A stretch of 63,090 nt of DNA from an uncultured Thermomicrobiales bacterium (lineage in GTDB: Bacteria; Chloroflexota; Chloroflexia; Thermomicrobiales; CADCWN01): NCBI GenBank assembly GCA_902806415.1, contig CADCWN010000022.1:1-63090 (forward strand), written 5' to 3'. Both the position numbers and the translations under genes were made by a program. Below the pieces are notes generated by a model. The model was not told the origin of the DNA. It saw only the letters and a program-made list of their open reading frames with translations, and did not search any database. This document shows positions 9,004 through 19,110 of the stretch, piece after piece. Position 1 is the first letter of the stretch. Every line of letters begins with the position of its first letter.

Positions 9004-9029
9004 GACGAGTCTTCATGCCGTGTTGTTTC
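9004..9029 (-). promoter_or_regulatory. Candidate ECF-sigma promoter
   Basis: GAAAC-N17-CGTC upstream of the lipoprotein; same spacing as the 411-436 site. Confidence 0.4.
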
Positions 9030-9055
9030 TCACGAGCACGACATTCGTGTCCGAC

Positions 9056-9109
9056 TGGTACGACCGGGGGCCGGGCGGGTAGCTACCCGCCCGGCCCCCG
9101 GTCGTACCA
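9056..9109. repeat. 54-bp perfect palindrome with no spacer (possible terminator)
   Basis: TGGTACGACCGGGGGCCGGGCGGGTAG followed directly by its exact reverse complement. Confidence 0.9.
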
Positions 9110-9127
9110 ACTATTGCTGCCGCTCGA

Positions 9128-10213
9128 TTACCGTCCCTTGCTCGGACTTGTCTTCCACTCTTGTCGCGCCTGCCTGATGGTGCGGTCGAGGTGGACGTGG
9201 GTATCGACGCGGGCGACCCAGCCGCGTGGTAACCAGTGGTGCTTGCCCTGGCCGTCCTTCGTCAGCTTGATGCTCCCGTCGGCTTCGACCCGATCGACCG
9301 CGCCCACGCGCGCGCCCTTGCTATCGAGCACCGCCATGCGCGCCACGATCCGCGCCGCCAATTGGGGGCCGCTGGCCCGCGCCGCGCTGGTCACACTCGC
9401 CGCTACCCCCTCGGCGGTCACGCCACCCTTGGTCGCGCCGGGGGCTGTGGTGCCGGATGACATCGTTGGGCGTTGCGGCTGCGCTTCTACTTGCTCGCCC
9501 AATTGTGGGGCGCTGCTCGCTGCGACATCCCGCGCGTTGTCCTCGATCCGCTTCGCCGTGTTCAACCGCTCTCGACTGTCGGCGATCGGTTCCCCAACCA
9601 CTGCCTTCGCTCGCGTGGCGATGTCAGTGCGCTCCTCTTGCGCCCGGAAGCCTGTGTTCAGCGCGGTCCCCTCCGCGCTCACCGCCCTGTCCGTCGTCCG
9701 CAAGTTCAGATTTTTTGCCCCTTCCTGTGCGCGCTGAGTTAGGTTTGCCGCACCCTGCCGGAGTGTGTCGGTTGCCCGACGCATTTGCTCGCGCATCGCG
9801 TCATCCCGGCGCGATAGGTAGAAGAGGGTCGCGCCACCACCCAGCAGCGTGCTGAGCAGGAGTGGGGGCCACAGGGTCCGGCTCCTCTGTTGGGGCTGCG
9901 GCAGGGTTCGCGCGACTGACCCCTGCTGTCGGGCGGGGTCACCCCGCTCGGCCCGCACCGCGCGCCAGAGCTGTCGGCGGATACTCGGGACTGTTAGCGT
10001 GGCCAGTGGTAGCAGCGTCCCCATCCCGGTGATCAGGAGTCGCGGACGCCCGATCGTCGGCACCCCTCGACTCGGCTCGGGCGACAGGGTGGGGCGGTTG
10101 CGCCGATAGCCGATTCCGGGGAGCTGGCGGTCGTCCCCTTGCGGCCCCTTCCCAACGAGGAAGCCGTCCGGGTGGTACAACCCCTGGTCGTCTTGCTGTT
10201 CATGCTCGTTCAT
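9128..10213 (-). CDS. Membrane protein with C-terminal DUF2171-like domain
   Basis: C-terminal VGAVDRVE..IKLTKDG..HHWLP..WV..VD..VHL; central hydrophobic helix; GGAG SD before the ATG at 10213. Confidence 0.75.
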   Translation of the reverse strand: MNEHEQQDDQGLYHPDGFLVGKGPQGDDRQLPGIGYRRNRPTLSPEPSRGVPTIGRPRLLITGMGTLLPLATLTVPSIRRQLWRAVRAERGDPARQQGSVARTLPQPQQRSRTLWPPLLLSTLLGGGATLFYLSRRDDAMREQMRRATDTLRQGAANLTQRAQEGAKNLNLRTTDRAVSAEGTALNTGFRAQEERTDIATRAKAVVGEPIADSRERLNTAKRIEDNARDVAASSAPQLGEQVEAQPQRPTMSSGTTAPGATKGGVTAEGVAASVTSAARASGPQLAARIVARMAVLDSKGARVGAVDRVEADGSIKLTKDGQGKHHWLPRGWVARVDTHVHLDRTIRQARQEWKTSPSKGR

Positions 10214-10309
10214 GGTCTCCACTCTTCGGTGTTCCGTGTTTTTGTTCGTCCCCGCATCAGCCCATTCGGGCGAGGGGTGCGGGCCATCCCGCACCATAGC
10301 TTAAGGGGG

Positions 10310-10325
10310 AGCAAAAATCTTGCCA
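10310..10325 (-). promoter_or_regulatory. Sigma-54 -24/-12 promoter
   Basis: TGGCAAGATTTTTGCT (GG-N10-GC), about 95 nt upstream of the DUF2171 gene. Confidence 0.7.
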
Positions 10326-10464
10326 GTAGCACTCATACGAATGCGATGAAACGTCGTCGCGCGCGAACAGCGGCGGAAAATTGGTGTATGATGCGTATTG
10401 CTACGGCAGCGCCGTATGGTTCGACGCCGCTGCCGCAGGCCATCTCTACTGCGGGGGAAAGGTG

Positions 10465-12243
10465 ATGTCCGACCAATATAGTGTCCGTTACCTGATCCGA
10501 CGCCTGCTCATGTTGATGGGCGAGAGCAAGGGGGCGACCGCGCTCGCCGCGGTGAGCATCCTCACCAGCATCGGCTTTTCACTCGCCTTGCCGCTGCTGA
10601 TCCGCGCGCTGATCAATAACGGTGTGGCGACCGGGGATATGCGGGTCGTCGTTCGGCTGGGCGTCGCGATCATGGTCGTTTCGCTGCTCGCCGCCTCCTC
10701 GGCCTATCTACGCGGTGTGACGACCCAGTGGGTGGGCGAGCGGGTCTCCTACGCCCTGCGAAATCGCCTCTTCCGCCACCTCGAAGGGCTTTCCTTCTCA
10801 TTCTACGACACGGCGCAATCGGGCCAACTCCTCTCGGTCCTCACCGAAGACATCCGCAATATTCGCCGCTTTTACTCCCCGGCCCTGCGGATGCTCGTGC
10901 AGACGGCGATCCTGATCGTTGGCAGCGTGGTGATCATGTTCACCCTGGAATGGCGTCTCGCGCTGATCGCGCTGATCATGGTGCCGCTCCTCCTCACCCT
11001 GACCCTCTTCTTCGGCGCGCGCGTCCGCCCGCGCTACCTGCGTACCCAGCGCCAGTTCGGCGAGGCGATGACGGTCGTGCAGGAGAATCTGGCCGGGACG
11101 CGCCTAGTCCGCGCCTTCGGGCGCGAGAAGTTCGAGGAGGCGAAGTTCATCGCCGCCGGTGAGACCCTCTTCGCGCGACAGCTCGACGCCGCGCGCCTCT
11201 CGACCTTCGCCAACGCCAACTTGCCGTTCATCACCGGTGTCGGCACGGTCCTGATCGTCGCGATCGGCGCCTGGCAGGTGATCAATGGGCAGTTGCAGGT
11301 CGGCACGCTGCTCGCGTTCTATCTGTACTTGCAGCAACTCACCGATCCGATCCGCCAGATCGGGCCGATCATGAACAACGTCGCGCTCGCGCTCGCCTCG
11401 ACCGAGCGGGTCTACGAGCTCCTCGCCCGCCGCCCGCGGGTCGCGAGCCCGGCGGAGCCGCATACGCCCGCGACGGTGGAGGGACACGTCAGCTTCCAGG
11501 ACGTATCGTTCGCGTATGCGCGCGACGGGCGGAAGGTGCTGCGAGGGGTCACGATCGACGCCCCCCCCGGCGCGATCGTCGGGCTTGTCGGGGAGACTGG
11601 CAGTGGCAAGACTAGTATCGTGCAGCTGATGGCGCGCTTCTACGACGTGACGAGCGGCAGCGTCCTCATCGACGGGGTCGATGTGCGCCAGTGGGATCTG
11701 CCCACGCTGCGCGCCAATGTCGGTTTTGTCTTGCAGGAGACGTTCCTCTTCTCCGACTCGATCCGCGATAACATCGCCTACGGGCGTCCCGACGCCTCGC
11801 TAGAGGATGTCGTCGCGGCGGCGCGGGCGGCGCAGGCGGACGATTTCATCTCGCGCCTGCCGGAGGGCTATGATACGGTCCTCGGTGAGCGCGGCGTGAA
11901 CCTCTCCGGCGGGCAGAAACAGCGCCTCTCGATCGCCCGCGCCCTGCTGCTCGACCCGCGCATCCTCGTCCTCGACGAGGCGACGTCGAGCGTCGATATG
12001 GAGACTGAGCGCGAGATTCAGGCCGCGCTGGCGACGTTGATGGCGGGGCGCACGACGTTCATCATCGCGCAACGCGTCAGCAGCGTCCTCAATGCCGACC
12101 AAATCTGCGTCCTGGCCGATGGCCGGATCGTCGAGCGTGGCACGCACGCCGAGCTCGTGCTGCACGGCGGCCTCTACCGCCAGACCTACGATCTGCAGAC
12201 GCGCGACGCCGAGGTGGTGGAGCGCCTGGCGGCGGACGATTGA
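10465..12243 (+). CDS. ABC exporter half-transporter (TMD+NBD), heterodimer subunit 1
   Basis: Six TM helices, Walker A GETGSGKT, LSGGQ, LDEATS; H-loop His replaced by Gln (IAQR). Confidence 0.92.
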   Translation: MSDQYSVRYLIRRLLMLMGESKGATALAAVSILTSIGFSLALPLLIRALINNGVATGDMRVVVRLGVAIMVVSLLAASSAYLRGVTTQWVGERVSYALRNRLFRHLEGLSFSFYDTAQSGQLLSVLTEDIRNIRRFYSPALRMLVQTAILIVGSVVIMFTLEWRLALIALIMVPLLLTLTLFFGARVRPRYLRTQRQFGEAMTVVQENLAGTRLVRAFGREKFEEAKFIAAGETLFARQLDAARLSTFANANLPFITGVGTVLIVAIGAWQVINGQLQVGTLLAFYLYLQQLTDPIRQIGPIMNNVALALASTERVYELLARRPRVASPAEPHTPATVEGHVSFQDVSFAYARDGRKVLRGVTIDAPPGAIVGLVGETGSGKTSIVQLMARFYDVTSGSVLIDGVDVRQWDLPTLRANVGFVLQETFLFSDSIRDNIAYGRPDASLEDVVAAARAAQADDFISRLPEGYDTVLGERGVNLSGGQKQRLSIARALLLDPRILVLDEATSSVDMETEREIQAALATLMAGRTTFIIAQRVSSVLNADQICVLADGRIVERGTHAELVLHGGLYRQTYDLQTRDAEVVERLAADD

Positions 12244-12338
12244 GCCGACCCCTGTTGCCCTTATGATTCTTCCGGTTGATGACAGCCAGGGATAGACTCA
12301 CCTATTCGCGACAAACACTGGAAAGTGAGACGCCCCCC

Positions 12339-14216
12339 ATGACCATGTCCCCTGTTCAGCAAGCGCCCGCCGCGAAGCGCTACCAGTCGCTCGACAATCG
12401 GGAGAATGATCTCGGCAGCGGCTTGAATCGCCGGAGTTTGCGGCGGCTCTTCGGGTACCTACTGCCCTATCGGGTCCAGGGGCTCGTCGCGCTGGTCGCT
12501 ATCGCGCTGCAGACGCTGGGGGAGTTGGCCCTGCCGCGCCTGCTCGGCCTGATCATCGACGGCGCGACGGTCGCGGCGAGTCGTTCCGGCAACGCTCGGC
12601 AGGATGGCATCCGCTCGCTGTTCACCACGGTCGGCCTCTTCCTGGCCTGCGTCGTCGGCGTCTTCTTCGCCCGCTGGGTTCAGGGGGCCACGACGACCCG
12701 TCTCGGGTATCGGGTCATCTTCGATCTGCGCTTCGCCCTCTTCCAGCATATGCAGCTGATCGGCCTGCGCACGTTCGATCGGCTCGGCGTCGGTCGTCTC
12801 ATCTCGCGCATCCAGAGCGATGTGTCGGTGCTGCAAGACTTGCTGACCGACGGGATCATCGGCCTTTTCGCCGACATGATGGTGCTGATCGGCATCATCA
12901 TCGCGATGCTCCTGCTCGACCGCGAACTGGCGCTGCTCACGTTCGCCATCCTGCCGATCATGATCGGGATCGTCCTTGTCTGGCGCCGCTATGCCATCCC
13001 GGTCTACCGCACCCTGCGCGTGGCGACCAGCCGTCTGACCGGCTACTCGGCGGAGAGTATCAGCGGGATGCGGGTGATCCAGTCGTTCCGGCGCGAGGTG
13101 GAGAATTTCGAGCGCTTCGAGCGGCTCAATCGCGAGGTCTACGGCACGAACACCCTGGCGATCCGGCTCAACTCCGTCCTCGCCCCGGCGGTCGAGTTGC
13201 TCAGCGGCACCGCCACGGTGATCATCCTCGTCGTCGGTGGGCAGCGGGCGATCGCCGGTGGGCTGACGATCGGCGCGTTGACCGCCTTCATCGGCTATAT
13301 CAATCGCTTCTTCAGCCCGGTGCGCACCCTCTCCGAGCGCTACAACTCGCTCCAGTCCGCGACCGTCGCCGCCGAGCGGATCTTCGAGGTGCTGGATGAG
13401 GATCTGGAGATCACCGATAAGCCCGGTGTGTATCCGTTGCCGCAGATCAACGGCGAGGTGGCTTTCGAGGGGGTGACGTTCGGCTACACCGATCGCCCGA
13501 TCATCAACGACCTCAACCTGACGATCAAGCCCGGCATGACCGTCGCCTTCGTCGGCCCGACCGGCGCAGGGAAGTCGAGCATCATCAATCTGGTGCCGCG
13601 CTTCTACGATGTCTGGGAGGGGCGCGTCGCGATCGACGGCCACGATGTGCGTGACGTGACCCTCGCGTCGCTGCGCCGCCAGTTCGGGATCGTCTTGCAG
13701 GACACGTTCCTCTTCTCGATGACGATCGGCGAGAATATCCGCTACGGTCGACTCGAAGCGACCGATGCCGAGGTCGAGGATGCGGCGCGGGCGGTCGGGA
13801 TCCACGACTTCATCGCCGCGCTCCCGGCGGGCTACGCCACCAAGGTCGGTGAGCGCGGCAGTGGCCTGAGCGTCGGGCAGCGGCAGTTGATCGCCTTCGC
13901 GCGGGTGATGCTCGCCAATCCCCGGATCGTGGTCCTCGACGAGGCGACGAGCAGCGTCGACACGCGCACCGAGCAGATCGTCCAGGCGGCGTTGCGCCGC
14001 ACCCTTCAGGGCCGCACCGCCCTGGTGATCGCCCACCGCCTCTCCACGATCATCGAGGCCGATCTCATTGTCGTGATCGATGCGGGGCGGATCGTGGAGC
14101 AAGGCCGCCACGCCGAACTGATCGCCCAGCGCGGGGCGTATTACCGGCTCTATACCGCCGCCCAGTTGCGCGAGAAGACGATCATCCCCGAAGGAGATCC
14201 GGTGCGCGAGGGCTGA
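12339..14216 (+). CDS. ABC exporter half-transporter, heterodimer subunit 2
   Basis: GPTGAGKS, degenerate signature LSVGQ, LDEATS, IAHR; start codon uncertain. Confidence 0.92.
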   Translation: MTMSPVQQAPAAKRYQSLDNRENDLGSGLNRRSLRRLFGYLLPYRVQGLVALVAIALQTLGELALPRLLGLIIDGATVAASRSGNARQDGIRSLFTTVGLFLACVVGVFFARWVQGATTTRLGYRVIFDLRFALFQHMQLIGLRTFDRLGVGRLISRIQSDVSVLQDLLTDGIIGLFADMMVLIGIIIAMLLLDRELALLTFAILPIMIGIVLVWRRYAIPVYRTLRVATSRLTGYSAESISGMRVIQSFRREVENFERFERLNREVYGTNTLAIRLNSVLAPAVELLSGTATVIILVVGGQRAIAGGLTIGALTAFIGYINRFFSPVRTLSERYNSLQSATVAAERIFEVLDEDLEITDKPGVYPLPQINGEVAFEGVTFGYTDRPIINDLNLTIKPGMTVAFVGPTGAGKSSIINLVPRFYDVWEGRVAIDGHDVRDVTLASLRRQFGIVLQDTFLFSMTIGENIRYGRLEATDAEVEDAARAVGIHDFIAALPAGYATKVGERGSGLSVGQRQLIAFARVMLANPRIVVLDEATSSVDTRTEQIVQAALRRTLQGRTALVIAHRLSTIIEADLIVVIDAGRIVEQGRHAELIAQRGAYYRLYTAAQLREKTIIPEGDPVREG

Positions 14217-14341
14217 GCGGGCGGGCACGGGTGCGCTCGCCACCTGGGCGGTCGTTCTGTGCTACTATCCGGTTGATGACATAAGCAAGAGGCGCTCGCG
14301 GTCGTGTCTCCGTTGGGGCGGCAGAGAAGCCGGGGTGAGTC

Positions 14342-14818
14342 ATGGAGCGGCGGGTAGAGGGGCGACTGGTCTACGGGATCGTGCGGGCCGAGCATGAGTT
14401 GCGCGTCGTCCTCGACAACGCCCTGCGCGATCTCGGTGTGACCCTGACCCAGTGGACCGTCCTCTCGTTCCTCTTGCGCGAACCGGGCCTCTCGGCGGCC
14501 GATCTCGCCCGGCGCAGCTTCATCTCCCAGCAGGGGGTCGCCGGGATCCTGACGCGCCTCGAGCGCGCCGGGCTGGTCGCGCGCACGCCGCACCCGACCC
14601 ACGGTCGGATCGTCGAGGTGACGGTCACCTCCGCCGGCAGGGCGCTCGCCGAATACTGCGATGAGCAGGTGGATGCGCTCGAGGCGCGTTTGTCCGAAGC
14701 GCTCGGCGAGGGGGGGCGGGAGCGGTGCAGCGCCGACCTCGCGCGCTGTCGAAGCGCGTTCCGCACGTTCGGCGCGGAGGGTGCCGGCCGGGTGCCGGGG
14801 TTGCCAGCGGGAGTGTAG
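14342..14818 (+). CDS. MarR-family transcriptional regulator
   Basis: LTQWTVL...ADLARR...LERAGLV.R..HP..GR winged-HTH pattern. Confidence 0.9.
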   Translation: MERRVEGRLVYGIVRAEHELRVVLDNALRDLGVTLTQWTVLSFLLREPGLSAADLARRSFISQQGVAGILTRLERAGLVARTPHPTHGRIVEVTVTSAGRALAEYCDEQVDALEARLSEALGEGGRERCSADLARCRSAFRTFGAEGAGRVPGLPAGV

Positions 14819-14821
14819 TCC

Positions 14822-14845
14822 CACGCAGCCTCCGGAGGCTGCGTG
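14822..14845. terminator. 24-bp perfect palindrome between convergent genes
   Basis: CACGCAGCCTCC|GGAGGCTGCGTG. Confidence 0.6.
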
Positions 14846-14857
14846 AACCCGTTATCC

Positions 14858-17401
14858 TTACGGTCCCGCCGCGACGAGTCCGCTGCGGTAGAGCGCGTTG
14901 AAGAGCAGGCGATAGGTGCCGCGCGTCTGGGCGCGGAAGTGGGGGCGGAAGCCAAAGAGGATCGCCCGCCCGCGCCCGACCGGCACCTCGACGATCGCCG
15001 CCTTCCCGGAGATGTGCTGCGGCCCGAGAACCCAGCCGCTGAGGAGCGGACTGCTGAGCGGGTAGCGCGCCACGACCTCCGGCTGCTCATGTTCGCTCGG
15101 CGGCGTGCCGAGGTCGAACGCCGGGCCGTTGAGGTACATGGCCGCCACGTCGCGCTCGAAGCCCCAACCGAGCGGGTGGGTCGGGTCCACGATGATCCGG
15201 AAGAGCGCGCCGGGGGCGTAGAACTGCTCCGCCTTCAGCCCGGTGAGCGCGTTCGTCACCGGCAAATACAGCCGCTCGATCGCCAACTCGCAGGCGGCGT
15301 CGAGCGCGACGAGTGTGCCGCCCTCCTCGACGAAGCGGCGCAGATTGGCCGCGCCCCCCTCGCCGATTCCGCCGCTCCATTCGGGCGGGTATTCCCGCGC
15401 GCTGTTCCCTTCCAGGATCTCTTTCGCGCTCTGGTGTGCGAGGATGATGCAATCGAATCGCTCGGCGAGGCCGCCCTGGCGGATCTCGGGGTCGCGCATC
15501 GTCTCGAAGGCGAAATCGTACTCTTCGAGGACGAAGCGCGCCCAACCCTCGTCCATCCCGTTCGGCCGATAGGAACGGTAGAGGCCGATCCGCGGGCGGC
15601 GTAACCGCTGCGCCGTGTGCGGCAGCGTCTCGGTCGCGAGGAAGTCGAGGCGCAAGCCATGCTGCCGCGCGAGTGCCGTCAGCACCCCGGGCGGGTAGCC
15701 TCGCAGGGCGAAGGTGCCGGGCGCATATTCGGCCCCTTCGGTCATCCACGCCTCGGTGAGCCGGAAGATTTCGCCCGTCCCGTCCGCCGAACCCGCTAAG
15801 AGGGTGTTGATCGCGCGGGTGCTGTCGTTCGTTTCCGCGCCGAGCAGGGCGAGAGAGGCCGGTTGACCGCCGATCTGCGCCGATGGCGATGCCAATTCGT
15901 CGGGCGCGATGCGCCGGAGATCGGCCCCGAACGGGTGATCAATTTGGGCCGTCTCGACGCCGAACTGCAAGCCGAGCGTCTGCGCGGTGATGTCGTACGG
16001 CGGCTTCGGCGGCCCGCCCGGATAGAGGCGGAGATCGGGATAGGTCTGCACCTCCAGCAGCGTCTTGGCGAATGCGCCATACGGCTGGGCGAGGCGGATG
16101 ACGTGGGTGCCGACCTCGTAGCGCACCCCGGCGGCGGTGAAGGGGGCGGTCGCGTGCTCGATCTCGACGCCGCCAATCTGGAGCGCCGCGAGCATCTCGC
16201 GCGTCGCGCCGGGATCGCGCCCCCCGTCCGGGATGACGAATGCGTAGGGGCTGGCGCGCTCGACCGCCGCCTTGTGGACGAGGTAGAAGTTGCGCAGCCA
16301 GCGGTCCCGCTCGCGCGCCGCGTTGTTCAGTAGGGCGTAGGTGGCGATCCGCTCGTAGGCGACGATATCGGCGATTGTCCATTCGCCGCCCGGCCAGGGG
16401 AGGGGATGGTTCGCGGTGGCGGTTCGCGGGTTAAAGCCGCGCACCTCGCGCAGCAGCTCTTTCGGGACCGTGATCGGCGTGCAGATCTTGGCGGAGGCCG
16501 CCTCGCTGAGGATGCGCACGCCGCCGTGATAGTGCTGGTAGGCGCGCGAGGGGGAGAAGGCGTCGAAGATGATCGCCGTCGCCACCCCCGCTTTGCCCGT
16601 CGCCGTCAGATCGGAGACCATCGCGTAGCCCAATTGGTTGATCTGCTGCTGGAGGATCGGGTCGACGTTCGGGTCGTAGGGATCGATGTACGGCGGGACG
16701 AAGAACCTGGCCCCCTCGGAGCCCATCTGGTGTTGATCGAAGACGATCTGCGGATGCCAGCGGTTATGGATCCGGTCGATCGCGTGGCGCGTCTCGACCT
16801 GGGTGAACATGAACCAGTCGCGGTTGTTATCGTGCCCAGTGTAGGTGTGGTAGAGGGTCGGCGGCGCGGTCCCCTCGTGCGGGGTGCCCAGCGTCTCCCC
16901 GTACCACTCGTAGACCTTCTGCCAGCCATCCGGGTTGAGCGAGGGGACGATCAGCAGGATGACGTTATCGAGGATGGCGCGCGTCTGCTCGTCGTCGCCG
17001 GTCGCCAACTCGTGCGCCAGGGTCAGCGCCATCAGCGTCGAGCCAACCTCCGTGGAGTGGATCGAGCAGGTGAGGAGGACGATCGCCTTGCCGTCATGGA
17101 TGAACTGTTCCGCCTCGGTCGGATCGGTGATCCGCGGGTCAGCGAGGCGGCGCTGGATCTCGCGATACCGTTCCAGATCGGCCAGCACGCCCGGTGCGGC
17201 GATCGTCGCCAGCACGAGCGGCTGCCCCTCGGTCGCCGGGCCAAGTTCGTCGAAGCGCACACGGTCGCTCGTCGCGGCCAACTCGTGGAAATAGGCGACC
17301 ACCTGCGGCCAGGAGGGCAGCTTGCGCGCCTCGCCGGGGACGTAGCCCAGCACCTCCTGCGGGGAGCGGATTGTGGCGCGCGCGCCGTTCTGCCCTGGCA
17401 T
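14858..17401 (-). CDS. M14-family zinc carboxypeptidase with C-terminal GATase-like domain
   Basis: HSTE (HxxE), NPDG, NRDW, DQH zinc motifs; GGAGG SD; no signal peptide. Confidence 0.88.
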   Translation of the reverse strand: MPGQNGARATIRSPQEVLGYVPGEARKLPSWPQVVAYFHELAATSDRVRFDELGPATEGQPLVLATIAAPGVLADLERYREIQRRLADPRITDPTEAEQFIHDGKAIVLLTCSIHSTEVGSTLMALTLAHELATGDDEQTRAILDNVILLIVPSLNPDGWQKVYEWYGETLGTPHEGTAPPTLYHTYTGHDNNRDWFMFTQVETRHAIDRIHNRWHPQIVFDQHQMGSEGARFFVPPYIDPYDPNVDPILQQQINQLGYAMVSDLTATGKAGVATAIIFDAFSPSRAYQHYHGGVRILSEAASAKICTPITVPKELLREVRGFNPRTATANHPLPWPGGEWTIADIVAYERIATYALLNNAARERDRWLRNFYLVHKAAVERASPYAFVIPDGGRDPGATREMLAALQIGGVEIEHATAPFTAAGVRYEVGTHVIRLAQPYGAFAKTLLEVQTYPDLRLYPGGPPKPPYDITAQTLGLQFGVETAQIDHPFGADLRRIAPDELASPSAQIGGQPASLALLGAETNDSTRAINTLLAGSADGTGEIFRLTEAWMTEGAEYAPGTFALRGYPPGVLTALARQHGLRLDFLATETLPHTAQRLRRPRIGLYRSYRPNGMDEGWARFVLEEYDFAFETMRDPEIRQGGLAERFDCIILAHQSAKEILEGNSAREYPPEWSGGIGEGGAANLRRFVEEGGTLVALDAACELAIERLYLPVTNALTGLKAEQFYAPGALFRIIVDPTHPLGWGFERDVAAMYLNGPAFDLGTPPSEHEQPEVVARYPLSSPLLSGWVLGPQHISGKAAIVEVPVGRGRAILFGFRPHFRAQTRGTYRLLFNALYRSGLVAAGP

Positions 17402-17422
17402 GTGGCCTCCTTTGCGCTGGTG

Positions 17423-17471
17423 ACCCCTCCCCCGGCCCCTCCCCTGAAGCGGGAGGGGCCGGGGGAGGGGT
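17423..17471. repeat. REP-like hairpin (21-bp stem)
   Basis: ACCCCTCCCCCGGCCCCTCCC-N7-reverse complement; arm shared with the 27104-27404 element. Confidence 0.85.
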
Positions 17472-17473
17472 TT

Positions 17474-18703
17474 CTATCCCGCCAACGCCCCGGTCAAGAT
17501 CGCCTCAACCTTTTCTCCCGCCTCGAACGGCTCGCGCCGGGCCGGGAGGGCCAGCAGGGCGTTCGCGCCGACCAGCGAGGCGAGGCGCGAGGAGCCTTGC
17601 GCGCCGGTGGTCGTGGCGACGAGTCGCCCGTCCGGCCCTTGGCGCACGGTCGCGCGCTGGAACTCGGGGCGATCACCGGGGGTGATCGGGTGCGCCAGTT
17701 CGACGCTGATGCGCGGGCGGGTTGGCTGGCGATGCCCGGCGAGTTTCAGCAGCGCAGGGCGCACAAAAATCTCGAAGCCGACCAGCGCGGAGACCGGGTT
17801 GCCGGGCAGGCCGAAGATCAGCTTCTCGTCGGCAACCGTGGCGAAGTGGAGCGGCTTGCCGGGTTTCATGAACAGGCGACCGAAGCGGACCGTGGCGAGT
17901 TCGTCGAGCAACCCTTTGACGAGGTCGCGCTGCCCCATCGAGACCCCGCCGGAGGTGATCAGCATGTCGGCGACGGCGAGGGCGTCGAGCAGCGACGCGC
18001 GCGTCGCCCTCTCCTCGTCCGGGGCGATCGTGGAGCGGACGACCGGCAAGCGTAGCTCGGCCAGGGCGACGCCGAGGGCATAGCGATTGGCGTCCCGGAT
18101 TTGCCCCGGCCCCGGCGTCTCCCAGGGCTCGACCAGTTCGTCGCCGGTGCTGAGGACGGCGACGCGCGGGCGCGGGTGGACGATCGGCTCGGCGATGCCG
18201 AGGCTGGCGAGCAGGCCCATCTCCGCCGGACCGATGATCGTCCCGGCGGCGAGGACTTGCTGCCCGCGCGCCATATCGACGCCGATCGGGCGGATATTCT
18301 CGCCGACCTCGATCAGATCTTGCCCGATCTCGACCCGCCCCTCCCGCTCGGTCGTCCGCTCGACCATCACCACCGCGTCGGCCCCAGGGGGCAGCGGCGA
18401 GCCGGTGGTGATCCGCGCTACCGTGCCGGGGCGCACGGCAAGCCCGGCGTCGTACCCGGCGAGTTGCTCGCCAATTAATTCCCGCCAGCCTGCACCATCG
18501 GCCGCGACGACCGCGTACCCATCCATCGTCGCCGCCGGGAAGGGTGGTAAATCTTCGTCCGCGACGATCGCCTCGGCGAGGACCAGCCCGCCCGCTTCGG
18601 CCAGCGGCACCGGGGCGGGTTGGAGGATCGGCGCGGCATCGAGGACACGCCTCAGGGCTTCCTCGACGCTGATGCTGTCGGCGGGAACGGAGAGGATGCT
18701 CAT
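17474..18703 (-). CDS. moeA: Molybdopterin molybdotransferase
   Basis: MDGYAV, TGDEL, SGGVSMG, KPGKP and GLPGNP motifs; GAGGAG SD. Confidence 0.95.
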   Translation of the reverse strand: MSILSVPADSISVEEALRRVLDAAPILQPAPVPLAEAGGLVLAEAIVADEDLPPFPAATMDGYAVVAADGAGWRELIGEQLAGYDAGLAVRPGTVARITTGSPLPPGADAVVMVERTTEREGRVEIGQDLIEVGENIRPIGVDMARGQQVLAAGTIIGPAEMGLLASLGIAEPIVHPRPRVAVLSTGDELVEPWETPGPGQIRDANRYALGVALAELRLPVVRSTIAPDEERATRASLLDALAVADMLITSGGVSMGQRDLVKGLLDELATVRFGRLFMKPGKPLHFATVADEKLIFGLPGNPVSALVGFEIFVRPALLKLAGHRQPTRPRISVELAHPITPGDRPEFQRATVRQGPDGRLVATTTGAQGSSRLASLVGANALLALPARREPFEAGEKVEAILTGALAG

Positions 18704-18976
18704 GGTACTCCTCGCTCGGCGTTGCGTTCGCCCGGCTGTGTACTCGCGGTGGGCGGTCGCCGCGGCGACCGCCCTCATCCCATCATAGCACGAGGCTCCG
18801 CAAGGGCGGGGTGGGCTATTTATGCAAGCTGGGGCGGCGATAGAACGAGATGCGGAAGGGGAGGAGCAAGCAGGCGCGGGTTCTCTCAGTGACGCGGGCA
18901 AATCCGGGCAGGCGAATTGCGCCAGAATGCCGCATCCAGATCGGTTATACGAAAATTTGTTCGGCAACACGGTTAC

Positions 18977-18992
18977 AGCAAGAATTATGCCA
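18977..18992 (-). promoter_or_regulatory. Sigma-54 -24/-12 site in the moeA-rpoN divergent region
   Basis: TGGCATAATTCTTGCT; a weaker plus-strand GG-N10-GC site lies at 18906-18920. Confidence 0.7.
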
Positions 18993-19110
18993 TTACTCGT
19001 GCGCCGCGCGAGGTTTGGCGCTATACTCAGTCTGGTATGGAGCACGAGCGCGGCGCGCCCGAAGGGGCCACGTGCGGCGTCACCCGATGATGATGACGAA
19101 GGGAAACGCG

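Noticed and set aside
12459-14243. Long antisense ORFs (also 16406-18055, 19204-20802, 24037-26253, 56356-58389)
   Set aside because: Shadow ORFs caused by high GC3 on the strand opposite well-supported genes
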